64,000 nucleotides of DNA from a candidate division FCPU426 bacterium (lineage in GTDB: Bacteria > Oederibacteriota > Muellerivitia > Muellerivitales > Muellerivitaceae), in assembly GCA_030041545.1 (NCBI GenBank), contig JASHNQ010000062.1, positions 38,156 through 102,155 of the forward strand, read 5' to 3'. Positions 47,027 to 57,700 of this stretch are shown piece after piece (position 1 is the first letter of the stretch; every line of letters begins with the position of its first letter). Made by a program: the position numbers and the translations under genes. Under the pieces are notes generated by a model. It did not search any database. It was not told the DNA's origin and saw only the letters and a list, made by a program, of their open reading frames with translations.

Positions 47027-50000
47027 TCACTTTATGACCGCCACTTTCTCGAATTCCTGGTGGCCGCCGGGGGATTGGGTGGTGATCAGGTAAACCCCCG
47101 AAGCCACCAGCCGGCCGTTCATGTTGGTGGCGTCCCACTGGGTCCAGAAAATGCCCTCCGGGTAGCTCTGGTTTACCAGTTCCTTGATGAATTGGCCGCT
47201 CAAGCTGTAGACCTTGATCTGCACGTTGCCGCCCGAGGTTGGGCTCACGATGAACCGGATGTTCACGACCCTCTCGTTGGCCGCGCCGTAGGGCCGGATG
47301 GCGTTCCGGTCCAGCGCCGTGTCGGGGCTGATGGGATAAGCGTTCACCGGCTGGTAGTCGGCCTCGTGCACCAGCTCCGTGGTGATGGCTTGGGAAAGCG
47401 GGACCGTCAAGTTGGGCGGCAGGTCGAAGGCCTGGACGAGGTAAGTGTAAGTGCCGCCGGCGATCAGCTGCACCTGGTCGAAATAGCCGGCCGTGGGCGA
47501 TGGGTAACCGTTCACGAGCGTCACCGGCAGCGTCGCGAGCTCCTGGTACACGCTGCCGCCGTCCTCGGAACGGTAAACCTCATACCCTCCCAGGGGATAC
47601 ATGGTTTGGGGATTGAACGATGTGATCGGTCCGCTGGCTTGGTCCGCGCCGCCCCAACTGAGCGTGTTCCCGATCAAGGTTTGGTTGCTGTTTGTGTTTT
47701 GGGCCAGTGTCACCGGCGCGGCCGTCACCGGGCCGTTGGAGGTTTGGATCGTCATCAGCGGGATGGCGGGCCCCGCGGCCGGCAGTGCCGTCACCGAAGC
47801 CGCGGTAGAGGTCAATCCGATAGGGTCCACCGTATAAACCTGATAGACGTAGAAATTCTTGTCCACCACTCCGGTATCGATGTAGTTCACGCCCTGGACG
47901 CCGGAATTAACGGTTTGGGCCGAACTGCCGGGGGCCGTTCCCAGCCGGCGGGTGATCAAGTAGCTGTTGATGTTGACCCCCTGGTAGGTCCATCTCAATT
48001 GGACCACCCCGTCGCCCGATACGGCCTGCAATCCAGTGACCGGCTGGGGAAAAACGAACTGGCTCACGGGGTTCGAGAAGGCGCCCAGGATGCCGTTGGA
48101 CGTGGAAGGCGCGACCTCGTAAATATAGGTCACGCCGTCGCTCACGCTGGACGAATCCACGGTATTAGTGTTGGAAAGGGGCTCGACAATGGAACCTTCC
48201 GACGTAAAGGTGGGCACCACGCTGGGAACCGCCGTGGCCCGGTAAAGTTGATAGCCCGTGACCGGGCTGGCCGTCGGGGCCGTGATGGGGACCCAATAAA
48301 TCTGGTTCTGTTCCGGCAGGGGCGTCAGGTAAATGGTGGGCGCCGCCAGGGGGATAATGGTCTGGGCCGAGCTGAGCGTGCTTCCCCCCGCGGCGTTCTG
48401 GGCGGTCATCCAGTAAACATAGGGCATCCCGGTGCTCACGCCCGAATCCGTGTAAGAGGCGAAGGGATAAGGAATGTTGGTGGCGATGGGGGTTGGCGTC
48501 ATCGAGGGATAGGCGCTGCGGTAAATGTCGTAAGAGATCACGGGCACGTCGCCTACCGGCGTGCCCCTCACGAGGGTGACGGCGCTGTTGCTGGGCATCG
48601 GTTGGGGGTTGGGCGCGCCGGGCCAGAGGGTCACGGCCAATTGGGCTGAAATCGTGGGCACGGCGCTCACCGCCGCGTTGTTGGCCACCACTTGGTAATC
48701 ATTCACGTAGCCGGGAACTTCGGACGTGTCCTCGAAAACAACGGGCGTGGCGGTTCCCTCCGCCACGGACCCCATGACGAAATAAGTGGGGCTTGCGGCC
48801 GGCGTGTCGCTCGTGCCCGGAGTGGGCGCACTTAGCCGGTTGATGTTATAGCCGCTGACGGCGTTGGGGAAGGTGAAGCCCGTGATCCAAACCCCCGGGG
48901 TGAGGGTGGCGCTGGGGAAATAGGTCGGGGACGGCGGCGGGGAAAGGGAGATGGTGGGGGTCATGGCCGGAGGCACAAGGACGGTGATGGACTGGGTGAA
49001 GTTGCCCTGGCCCTGGATGTTGTTGGCCGCCACATCATAGGAAGACTGGTTCCCCGGCGTTTCCGTTGCCACAAAGACATAAGTGACTGTGGGGCTTAAG
49101 TTGGCCACGACCGTGGCAATGGGTGTGGGAGTGCCCGTAAGGTTGGTGAGGTAAATGGTATAGCTTGTCACGCCTTCCTGCGGGTTGTTCCCCATCCAGT
49201 ACAACATGGTCTGGGTCACCCCGGACATGGCCGAGAAACCACCGGGAGGATTGGGCCAGATTTGAACGCTCCCCAGGGGGTCCGGCGTCAAGCCCGGACA
49301 TAGCGAACTCTCCGCCAACTGCCCGGTGAGGTCGCCCGCCCTAGCCGTTATCCGGTAATAATAAGTCACGCCCGCTGTGGCTGTTGGCAAGGCGGAATCA
49401 GTGTAACTGCCTCCCGGTAATGGCACCGTGGCAACAGGCGTAAAACATTTGGAGGCATAAATAGAACGGTAAATCCCATAGCTGTCCACAAAGGGTGTGG
49501 AGACGGGGGCTGGTACCATGGTCCAGGAAATCTGCGGCTGCCGGGTGCCCGGCGTCATGACGGCCGTCACCTGGTAGGGCGGCACGGGAATGCCGGAAAG
49601 CGTGGCGGGCCCGCTGAAACCCACGGAATTCTGCGCCAAAAGGTAGTAATAGGTTGCGGCCCAGGGCATCGGGGTGGGCGCGTAAACCAAGGTCGGCGTA
49701 GAGGTCTGGGTGGCCAATACCTTGGCCAGCGGCGTGGGGGTTACGGTAACGGTCGGCCAATCCGGCCCAAACACCGAGTAGCTGGACACGTTATCCGCCG
49801 GTGGATTGTTCAGCCAGGAGAACTTGATGCCATTGGCCGAACCCGCGAAAGGTAGTGGGGTGGGGACTCCCGGCGTCGTGAGGGCCACCAGGATGACGTC
49901 GTTACCGGAAAGGGTCAGGTCCGAGGTGTTTCCCTGGGCGTCCACCAAGCCCACCTCATAGCCTAAGGTGGTTCCCGCCGAACCCGCAACCACATCGGTA

Positions 50001-51736
50001 TAGCCGACATTCGTGGCGGAAACCGTGGCAACCGCCAGGGGGGTCGGCGTGGGGGTCGCCACTAACACACGGTAAACCACGTAATCCGACTGCGTTCCAT
50101 AAAACCCCGGGCCTCCCGGCGCCCATGTCACCGCGATCTGGTTGTTCCCCACCGGGTTGGCCACGCCCACGCTGGAAGGCGGCGTGGGAGCCAGGTTCAA
50201 ATAGGGTGTGGGGGCCGAATTCAGCCACCCCCCGTGGCCGGTCAGGTCCACCGGTTGCACCCAGTAGTTCATGTGGTTGACGATGGGAGTGTCCACCCAG
50301 GTCAAAACGGCGGTCACGGAGGGGTTGGCCGTGACCACAGCGAAGGGGGTAGGAGTCACGGTGGCGGTGGGGTTTCCGGCCGGGATGGGAGTGGGGTTGA
50401 CCGTGGGCACCCCGAAAAGGCTCTTGTAAAGCTGGTAGCCGGCAAGGCCGTAGGTTCCGGGCGTGGCGGGGCTCCAGGTGAGGGTAACCGCGTTGGTGGT
50501 GGCGTTGGGCGTCACCGCGATCGGCGCCGACTCCACGGCCGCGTTCAGGGTGACGGCCACGGAATTGGAGGTTGCGGTCCCATAAGTGTTCACGGCCACC
50601 ACGTTGTAAACGGTGATGAGATTGCCATTGTTTCCAGCGGGCAGGGTGGAATCATCGTAGGTCATGGTGGGCGTGGCGGTCTGGTAAGGGACGGTGGCAA
50701 TGGGGGTGCCGTTTTGAAGCACCTGGTAAGCCGTCACCCCTTCCGAACCCAGGGATGAGTTCCAGATAAGCCTTGCGCCGTACCCGTTCTGCCCGATGAC
50801 GGGCGTGGTGGTCAGCGTCACCAGAGCCGAAAGCGTGGGCTGTCCGGGCGGGGACATCTTGATGGGCAAATCCGGACCGGCGGCGTAGGTAGGCTGGGCG
50901 CTCAAGTGGCCCTGGCTGTCCTTGGCCATCACCACGTAATAAAAGGCCGCCGCGCCCGGGGACTTGGCCGTCGTGTCGCTGTAGGCGGTTCCAAAAACCG
51001 TGGCCAGGGGAGTGACGCTTAAAACCGTGGAGGCTGGAATAGTGGCTTGTGGGAAATTGGGAGTGGCGGTGTTGGTGGGATTGGGCGTTGGAGTTGTTGT
51101 AATGTACTCGTAAAGGTAGATTTGATAAAAAGAAACCGGATAGCTGGAAGCGGGAACTCCCCAGGAAAGGTCCAAGGCGTCGGAATGGATGTTTTGCACG
51201 GTCACGGGCTGGACGGCAACGGGGCCCAAATAGGGATAAGCGGTCACGGCGGAGGCGGCCCCGACGTTGCCTCCGGCATCTATGCCCGCCACCTGGTAGA
51301 GGTAATCCATGCCGTCGGTCACCTGGAAATCCTGGTAAACGGGGGTTCCAGGGCCGGGCATGGCGGACAAAAGCACGGTGGCCAGGGGTTGGGGTGTGCA
51401 CATGGGCGTCAAGGCGCCGGTCGGGGTGGGGGTGGGGGTATACGTGGGCGTCAGGGTGCCGGTCGGGGTGGGAGTATCTAGTTGTTGACGGGAAATCTGG
51501 TAAGCCACGGCCGTGGGTGTGGGACTGGTATCCGGCGCCCAAATCAGGTTCACTTCCCCGTCATAGGGGGCCATGACCGTAAGGCCCGTGGGCGCGGGGG
51601 GTTGGGCCAAAGCCAGGGTGGAAACACCTAAAAAGAAAAAAACCGACAGTCCGCGGTCGGCAGTCGACAGCGACCGCCTTAAAAGGCTTGGCCGCGGACC
51701 GTCGACCGCCGACTGTGAGCTTCCTTTGGGTTTCAT
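47027..51736 (-). CDS. large secreted fibronectin type III repeat protein with P/T-rich linkers and FlgD-Ig/T9SS-type C-terminal domain
   Basis: Repeated P..PTGL...LxW...Y.VYR...Y.D...Y.V.A modules; C-terminus IKVYSLSGQFIKELV...WDATNMNGRLVASGVY...KVAVIK; ATG at 51736. Confidence 0.85.
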   Translation of the reverse strand: MKPKGSSQSAVDGPRPSLLRRSLSTADRGLSVFFFLGVSTLALAQPPAPTGLTVMAPYDGEVNLIWAPDTSPTPTAVAYQISRQQLDTPTPTGTLTPTYTPTPTPTGALTPMCTPQPLATVLLSAMPGPGTPVYQDFQVTDGMDYLYQVAGIDAGGNVGAASAVTAYPYLGPVAVQPVTVQNIHSDALDLSWGVPASSYPVSFYQIYLYEYITTTPTPNPTNTATPNFPQATIPASTVLSVTPLATVFGTAYSDTTAKSPGAAAFYYVVMAKDSQGHLSAQPTYAAGPDLPIKMSPPGQPTLSALVTLTTTPVIGQNGYGARLIWNSSLGSEGVTAYQVLQNGTPIATVPYQTATPTMTYDDSTLPAGNNGNLITVYNVVAVNTYGTATSNSVAVTLNAAVESAPIAVTPNATTNAVTLTWSPATPGTYGLAGYQLYKSLFGVPTVNPTPIPAGNPTATVTPTPFAVVTANPSVTAVLTWVDTPIVNHMNYWVQPVDLTGHGGWLNSAPTPYLNLAPTPPSSVGVANPVGNNQIAVTWAPGGPGFYGTQSDYVVYRVLVATPTPTPLAVATVSATNVGYTDVVAGSAGTTLGYEVGLVDAQGNTSDLTLSGNDVILVALTTPGVPTPLPFAGSANGIKFSWLNNPPADNVSSYSVFGPDWPTVTVTPTPLAKVLATQTSTPTLVYAPTPMPWAATYYYLLAQNSVGFSGPATLSGIPVPPYQVTAVMTPGTRQPQISWTMVPAPVSTPFVDSYGIYRSIYASKCFTPVATVPLPGGSYTDSALPTATAGVTYYYRITARAGDLTGQLAESSLCPGLTPDPLGSVQIWPNPPGGFSAMSGVTQTMLYWMGNNPQEGVTSYTIYLTNLTGTPTPIATVVANLSPTVTYVFVATETPGNQSSYDVAANNIQGQGNFTQSITVLVPPAMTPTISLSPPPSPTYFPSATLTPGVWITGFTFPNAVSGYNINRLSAPTPGTSDTPAASPTYFVMGSVAEGTATPVVFEDTSEVPGYVNDYQVVANNAAVSAVPTISAQLAVTLWPGAPNPQPMPSNSAVTLVRGTPVGDVPVISYDIYRSAYPSMTPTPIATNIPYPFASYTDSGVSTGMPYVYWMTAQNAAGGSTLSSAQTIIPLAAPTIYLTPLPEQNQIYWVPITAPTASPVTGYQLYRATAVPSVVPTFTSEGSIVEPLSNTNTVDSSSVSDGVTYIYEVAPSTSNGILGAFSNPVSQFVFPQPVTGLQAVSGDGVVQLRWTYQGVNINSYLITRRLGTAPGSSAQTVNSGVQGVNYIDTGVVDKNFYVYQVYTVDPIGLTSTAASVTALPAAGPAIPLMTIQTSNGPVTAAPVTLAQNTNSNQTLIGNTLSWGGADQASGPITSFNPQTMYPLGGYEVYRSEDGGSVYQELATLPVTLVNGYPSPTAGYFDQVQLIAGGTYTYLVQAFDLPPNLTVPLSQAITTELVHEADYQPVNAYPISPDTALDRNAIRPYGAANERVVNIRFIVSPTSGGNVQIKVYSLSGQFIKELVNQSYPEGIFWTQWDATNMNGRLVASGVYLITTQSPGGHQEFEKVAVIK
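51645..51722. repeat. heptamer palindromic element inside the signal-peptide coding region
   Basis: ACAGTCC GCGGTCG GCAGTCG ACAG arm inverted to CCGTCGA CCGCCGA CTGTGAG. Confidence 0.7.
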
Positions 51737-51738
51737 GG

Positions 51739-54700
51739 TTAGAATCTTGCTTCCGCCGAGACGGTTCCCATCCACAGCACGTAGTTCAACTGGTTGTTCA
51801 GCAGGTTGGTGAAATATTGGTTGGTCAGGCCCACGCCCACGAGCAGGTTCGTGAGGGCGTTGTACTGGCAGTTGATTGTAACACGGTAACTTTGGGTCTG
51901 GAGCTCGTTGTTGACGTAGCTGGACTGGTTGTTCACGAACTCCATGAGGTAGGTGGTCTTCAGGTCCACGTCGTTGCCCATCCGGATGACCCAGTGGGTG
52001 AGGGGGACGTGGAAATCCAAGTGGGGGTTGAACCGCTGGTCGTACTCGATGGAAAGCTGCTGGTCCGACTGGGTGACCAGGGTGTCGAGGGTGGAAAGGC
52101 CGTTCTGGTAGCCCGTGGTCTGCTGGAGGTGGATGTTGCCCTGGCCCGCGCCCTTGCCCAGGTCGTAAGGCAGGGTGATGCCGTAAAGGTCGCTTTCGGT
52201 CTCATTGGCGATGCTGGGCGGGATCGTGCTGTCGTATTGGGTGCTGTCCGTGTGGGTGTATTGGAACTGGGCCGAGTCCACGCTAAAACCCACGAAGGGC
52301 AGGGTGAGGATCTTGTGGTTGTAAACGGTCGTCAGTCCTATGGTTTTTCCGTTTTGGGGCACGGGGTTGGATCCCTGGGAAAGCAGGTTCAACTGGTTGG
52401 TCCAGGAGGCGTTGGGCCGGAAATCCCAGACGTCGAACAACTTGAAATCGCCGGTCACCTGGTCGGTCTCCGACTGGGTGGCCAAAAGGGCGTCGGCGAA
52501 ATCGGGGTCGATGCCCCATTGTTCGTCCAAGCTCAGCATCCCCTGGCGGTAGCCGGGGATGGTGGAATTGGCGGCGTAGGTGCGGCCGTAGGTAAAGGTG
52601 GGGTTGATCTTCTGAAGGAAGCCAAACCAGCTGCTGGGGGTGAAGTTGCCCGTGAAGGCGAGGTTGTTGGCGCTGTTGAACTGCAGGCCGGTGGAATAGG
52701 AAACCCAGTCGTAACTGTTGCTTCCGGTATAGGCCACGGAGGGGGTCAGGCCCGGGATGCCCCGGTACACCAGCCCCGCCTTGGGTTGTTCCTGCTCCTG
52801 GAAGGGCGTATAGGTCACCGAATAACTGGACACCGAAACCGGCACCCCGGCCGAGTTGGTGTTGCCCATCGCGTCCGTCAGGGTCCAGGTATAGCCCGGG
52901 GTGAAGACCAGGTTCTTCACGAGCTCCGTGGTGTTGGTCCAGCCGTAGGTCTGCGTGCGGGTGGTTCGGTTGTAATTGGCCAGCCCCTCGTAGTTGGGGG
53001 CTAGGAAATCCTCGGTGTTGTAGTTCATGGAATAACTTTCGGTGAACTGGTTGGCCCCGATGGGCAGGAAGAGGAGCTTCGCCGGCGCGTCGTAGGTGGA
53101 GGCCACCGTGTAGACCGCCTGGTTGTTTTGGTTGTTCCCCTGCACCCCGGGTTGGGAGAGGTATGACTGGTTGGGGTAGGTTGAGTTTTGGTCATTCACG
53201 CTCCCGGAAAGCTGGAAGGACGTCAGGCGGCCGAAGGAGGGCCCCAGGTCCTTGGTATAGCTGATGCTGCCGATGGCGTTGTCGCTGGAGGTGTTGGGCA
53301 GGGAGATGTAATAGGGATTGTCCAAAAGCGCGGACTCGGTGGTGAGGTCCTGGTGGGTGTAGGAGGCCTGCGTGACCAGGGGCTGGGAGAAAAGGGAGAC
53401 CCCGCTGGAGGTATAGTCCACCCCCAGCTGGGTGGAATGCTGGAAATGGGTGCTGGTCTGGTCCATTTGGGTGAATCCCGAGTCCACTTCCTGGTAGCGC
53501 AGGTTCAGGGTGGCGAAGGGTTTCTTGGCGTCGTCGCCGATGACGAAGGCCCCGTCGGCGCGGCGGGCCAAGCCGCTGCGCACGACGGAGTTGGCGGCGT
53601 GCAGGTTGATGATCCACATGTCGCCCTTGAAACCCGAGGGCGCGTTGGGGGAAACCACCCCGAAGCTGATGTTGGTGACGCGGTTGATGAAGGGCGTCCC
53701 CACCTGGAGCCGGTTGGTCGTCGAGGCCAACTGGAAGTCCACCGTACCCCAGGTATTGAGGCAGGAAACGGCGGCCTGGCTCAACTGCATGTTGAATTGG
53801 TAGTAATCCTGGGGGTCGTTCCCCACGCGCAGGAAAAGCACGTCCCCCGGCTGGTAGGCCCTCAGGTAAAGTTCAAACCGCAGGTCCTGGTAGTTGGTGA
53901 GGTCTATGCCCTGGCTGAAGAGCCGCGTGGCGTAATAAATAGGCGTGCCGTTGATGTCGCCGGAGGGTTGGAAGTCGGCCGAGGAAAGGTTATAGGTGAC
54001 CTCCAGGGCCATTTGTGAGTAAAGGAGGGCGGACTGGTCCTGGCCCGCCTGCACGGTCACGAAATTCATGGTGGGCACGAAACTGGAGTTCTCGGCCTGG
54101 CTGATGGAATCCACGTCGAATTTGGACGGGTTGACCGTCACGCCCTGGGACTGGTTGGCCGTGGGGTCCACCTGCAGTACCCAAAGGTTTTGGGTGAAGT
54201 CGATGCTTTGGAAATAAACGTCCCCGCTGATCGGCGAGGGGCTGGCGCCGGTCATCCAGACGCGGGCCGAGCGGATGATGGTGGGGCTGGGCGCGCCCAC
54301 GGTGTTGAAGAAATAGCTGATGCCGTCCGGGGTCGTTCCCGGGCCGGTGGAGGCGGACAAGTTGACGGGGATCTTCACCTCGTGCCACCCGGTCCAATTG
54401 GCATCGATGCCGTATTCGAAATAGGAATCCTGGTCGTTTATGATATTGGTCCCGTTCATGTTCTCGGTGACGTAGCTGGTGCCGCTTCCCACGCTGACCC
54501 CTTCCTGCGAGGTTTCTTCCCCCGGAAGCAGATAGGTGACCGATGCCGTGGAACTCCCGCCGGCCGACCAGGGATTGCCCTGATAATAGAAAGTCGGGAT
54601 GGCGTAAAGGGGGTCGGCCGGAAGCTGGGGCTGGGCGAACTCGTTGGGATCGGAAAAGAAAGTACTGCCCTGAGCGGCAGTAGGTTGGCCGTTGACGTCC

Positions 54701-57700
54701 TCATCCAAGACCCCGAAATCCACCATGATCCATTTGGGGTTGCCGTCGTTGTAAACCCAGCTGTCGAAATAGGTCACGTTGGAAAAGTCCGCGCCGTTCG
54801 TGGAAATCACCGTTCTCAACCCCGCCCACCTCTGGCTGGTCAGGTTCGAATAGGGGAACTGCAATACCTGCACCGCGTCGTTGGCCTGTTGGGTTTCGGC
54901 GTAAACATTGCCGCCGTAGGCCGGGACATTGGTGTAGCTCAGGCCGTTGGCGCCGTTGGAGGTGCCGATGGTCTGGAAAACCACCATATTGCTGTTAGGG
55001 GCATTGGCGTTATAGAAACGGCACCGGTTGTTAGTGGGGTCGGCCCCCCCGTCATAGGTGACGTTGCCCAGGAAACCCACGGGCTCGGGGGGAGCGGAAA
55101 CCAGCCAGGACGTCTGGTTCGTGGACAGGGCCGTGGCGCTGTCGATTCCCTGCATGTTGTCGATCATGGCCACGCCGTTTTCCCCGTTGGCGTTGTAGGT
55201 GTCGGGGTTGTAGTAGCTTTGCGCGACTTCCCCCGAAAGCTTGACGCTCAAGGGCGGCTTCCAATTCTCAAGGCCCGGGATGACGTCCGTGAGGGATTTC
55301 ACGTCGTCCGGGGACAAGGTCAGGCGCGTGTCCGCGTCGAAAAGGGTCAGGGAGTCGGGCGTGGAGCCGATCTGGGGAACCTCCAGGGGCTGCTGGGCGT
55401 CGTCCTCCAGGAAGGTGGAGCCGATGAAGAAGTTGTCGGTAATGTCGTACTCAGCCCGGGCCCCCAGGATGTTGTTTTGGCCGGCGGCGCCGAAGGGAGA
55501 GTACTCATAGGTCACCACGATCTGGCTGTCCGGCGAGAGGATGCTCTTGTTGGGGAAATCCAGGGTGCCCGACGTATAGTCGATCATATAATCCACGTTG
55601 CGCGTAAGGCGCCGGCCGTCCAGGTACACCGACTCGCTTCCCTGGATGATGTTGAGCTGGCCCAGCGAGTAGTTGTTCGACTGGGTCTTGTAGCGGATAT
55701 GGACGCTGTACTGGCTGGTGGGCGCCACGGTCTGGCAGTAGACGTCCGGCGGGTTGGCGCTGGAGCTGGAGCCTCCGGACGTGTCCAGGTTGGCGAAGGG
55801 CCGCTCCGGCCACAGGAAGGAGGTCGGCGCGGTGGAGGCCAGGAAATTGGCGTTGATGACCGTCAAGTAGTTGAAGTCCAGGTCCACGTTGTAGACCCAG
55901 GGCGTGGAGGAGCCCACCGTTGAGACGCCCTGCCCGGTTTGGAGGACCGTATTGTTGGTGGAAATGACCTGGAAAAGGAACCCCGGGTCGTCCTGGGGGG
56001 GCACGATCTTGTCGGTGCCCAGGTTGAAGAAATTGACCAGGTAAAGGGGCGAGCAGGCGATGGCGTTGGCCGAAGTCCAGCCGGTGGAATTGTTGTTGTC
56101 CTTGATCAGGTATCCCGGGTATTTCCCTGATTGACCCAAGGTTGGGTTCGAGACGGTAACCGGAACGCCCACCGCCCCACTGTCCGGCACGAACAGGCTG
56201 GTGGAAGGCACGGTCGAGGGAAAATTCGCCGTGTTGCTATTGTTATAAGCGTTCAAGCCCCGGTATTGGCCGTTTTGGTTTTGGAATCCCACGGCAATGC
56301 GGGCCGTGGAGGGCAGGGCCGTGATGAAGGTGATGATGCCCGTGGAATAGTCGATGGTATAGTCCCGCCCCGGCAGCCAATGCGCAAAGAGGTTGTTGGG
56401 CCCCCCGAAATTGGGCCCAGTGGGGTTGATCTGTCCCGTGCCCTGGTCCACCCATATTTGCTCGGTATTGGGCGCGGGAAGGGCGCCGTTGCCGCCGGTG
56501 GAGCTGTTGGACGGCGTTAAAACCTCCCTCGTGATGAGGTAATACTTGTTGGGGACGTACTGGATGTCCTGGATCATCTTGTCCACCTGCACGGTGTTGC
56601 CGGTGAAGGTTTTGGTGGCCGAAATGCCCTGGGTTTGCGCGAAGAAGGTGGTCAGGTTGAAGTTGTCGAACTTGAGCTTGGCCTCCAGCCCGAAGAGGTT
56701 CTTGCTGAAGCCCGCGAACTGGGTGTTGGGGAGCTCCAGCTGCAGGTCGCCGAACTCCACCTCCTGGACCGGGCTGTCCGCGTCGCCGTGGTAGGTGATG
56801 GAAATGACCTGCTTGGTCTGGTCCACGCCCCCCGCCCGGTTGACGTCACTGTAGTCCACGTTCACGTCCACGTTCTTCCCCACCTTGCCCAGCAGGTTGA
56901 CCACCAGCTCCTGGTTGACCAAGGTGGTGTCCTGCTGCTGCGCGATGCCGTTCTCAACGGGCCGGTCGTAGAAATCCTGGAAGGACAAATCCGCCTCGAT
57001 TTTCTTGTATCCCTGGATGGAAAGCGACGTGTCGGCCGGAAGTTGGAGGTTGATGATGTTCTTTTCCGGGATGGCCAGGACCTTTTCCGCCTCGGGCGTG
57101 GGGCTGGGGGCGGCCGCGGCTGATTCGGCTTGGGGGATCTCCATGCCATCGGGCGTGACCGCCAGCTCGTCCGAATCGGGGCTGGTCTTGCCGTAGGAAT
57201 CGCTGGCGGTCACCACGTAGAAATAATCCTCCCCGTTTTGCGGGGAGGAAAGGGTGGTTTGGGTGCCGTCCAGGAAATAAGGGGCGGGAATGGGTTTGGT
57301 GTTGAGGCGCAGGTAACCCTCCCCCGGCGTGGTGGAGCGGTAGACGTCGTAAGCCGTCACCGGGCTGCCCGCCGGCGCCGCGTCCCAGGAAAGGTAAACC
57401 CCCTCCTTGAGGATCAGGACACTCAAACCCGTGGGAGCGGCGGGAGGGGGATAGCTGACCGGGCCCGCGGCGCCCGAAACCGAGCCGGAAAGCGGCGCTG
57501 AAACCGCCTGCCCCCCGCCCCCAGCCGCCGTGGCCGGGGCTGGGGCGGACCCGGGAACGGAGGCCGCGGCCGAAGGCGTGGTTTGGGCATTCAGGCTGTT
57601 GGACTGGGCGTCAATGGCGTCCAGGATCTTGATCTCTTCCTCGGGGCTTACCGTCAAATCGGAATCGGAAGCGGCGGCCGGGGAAGGCGAAACGGACGGC

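Noticed and set aside
54190-55923. 577-aa plus-strand ORF (also 46982-48649, 51688-53004, 53188-54018)
   Set aside because: Antisense shadows of the GC3-biased giant genes; composition is typical of reverse-frame artefacts and no motifs are present.
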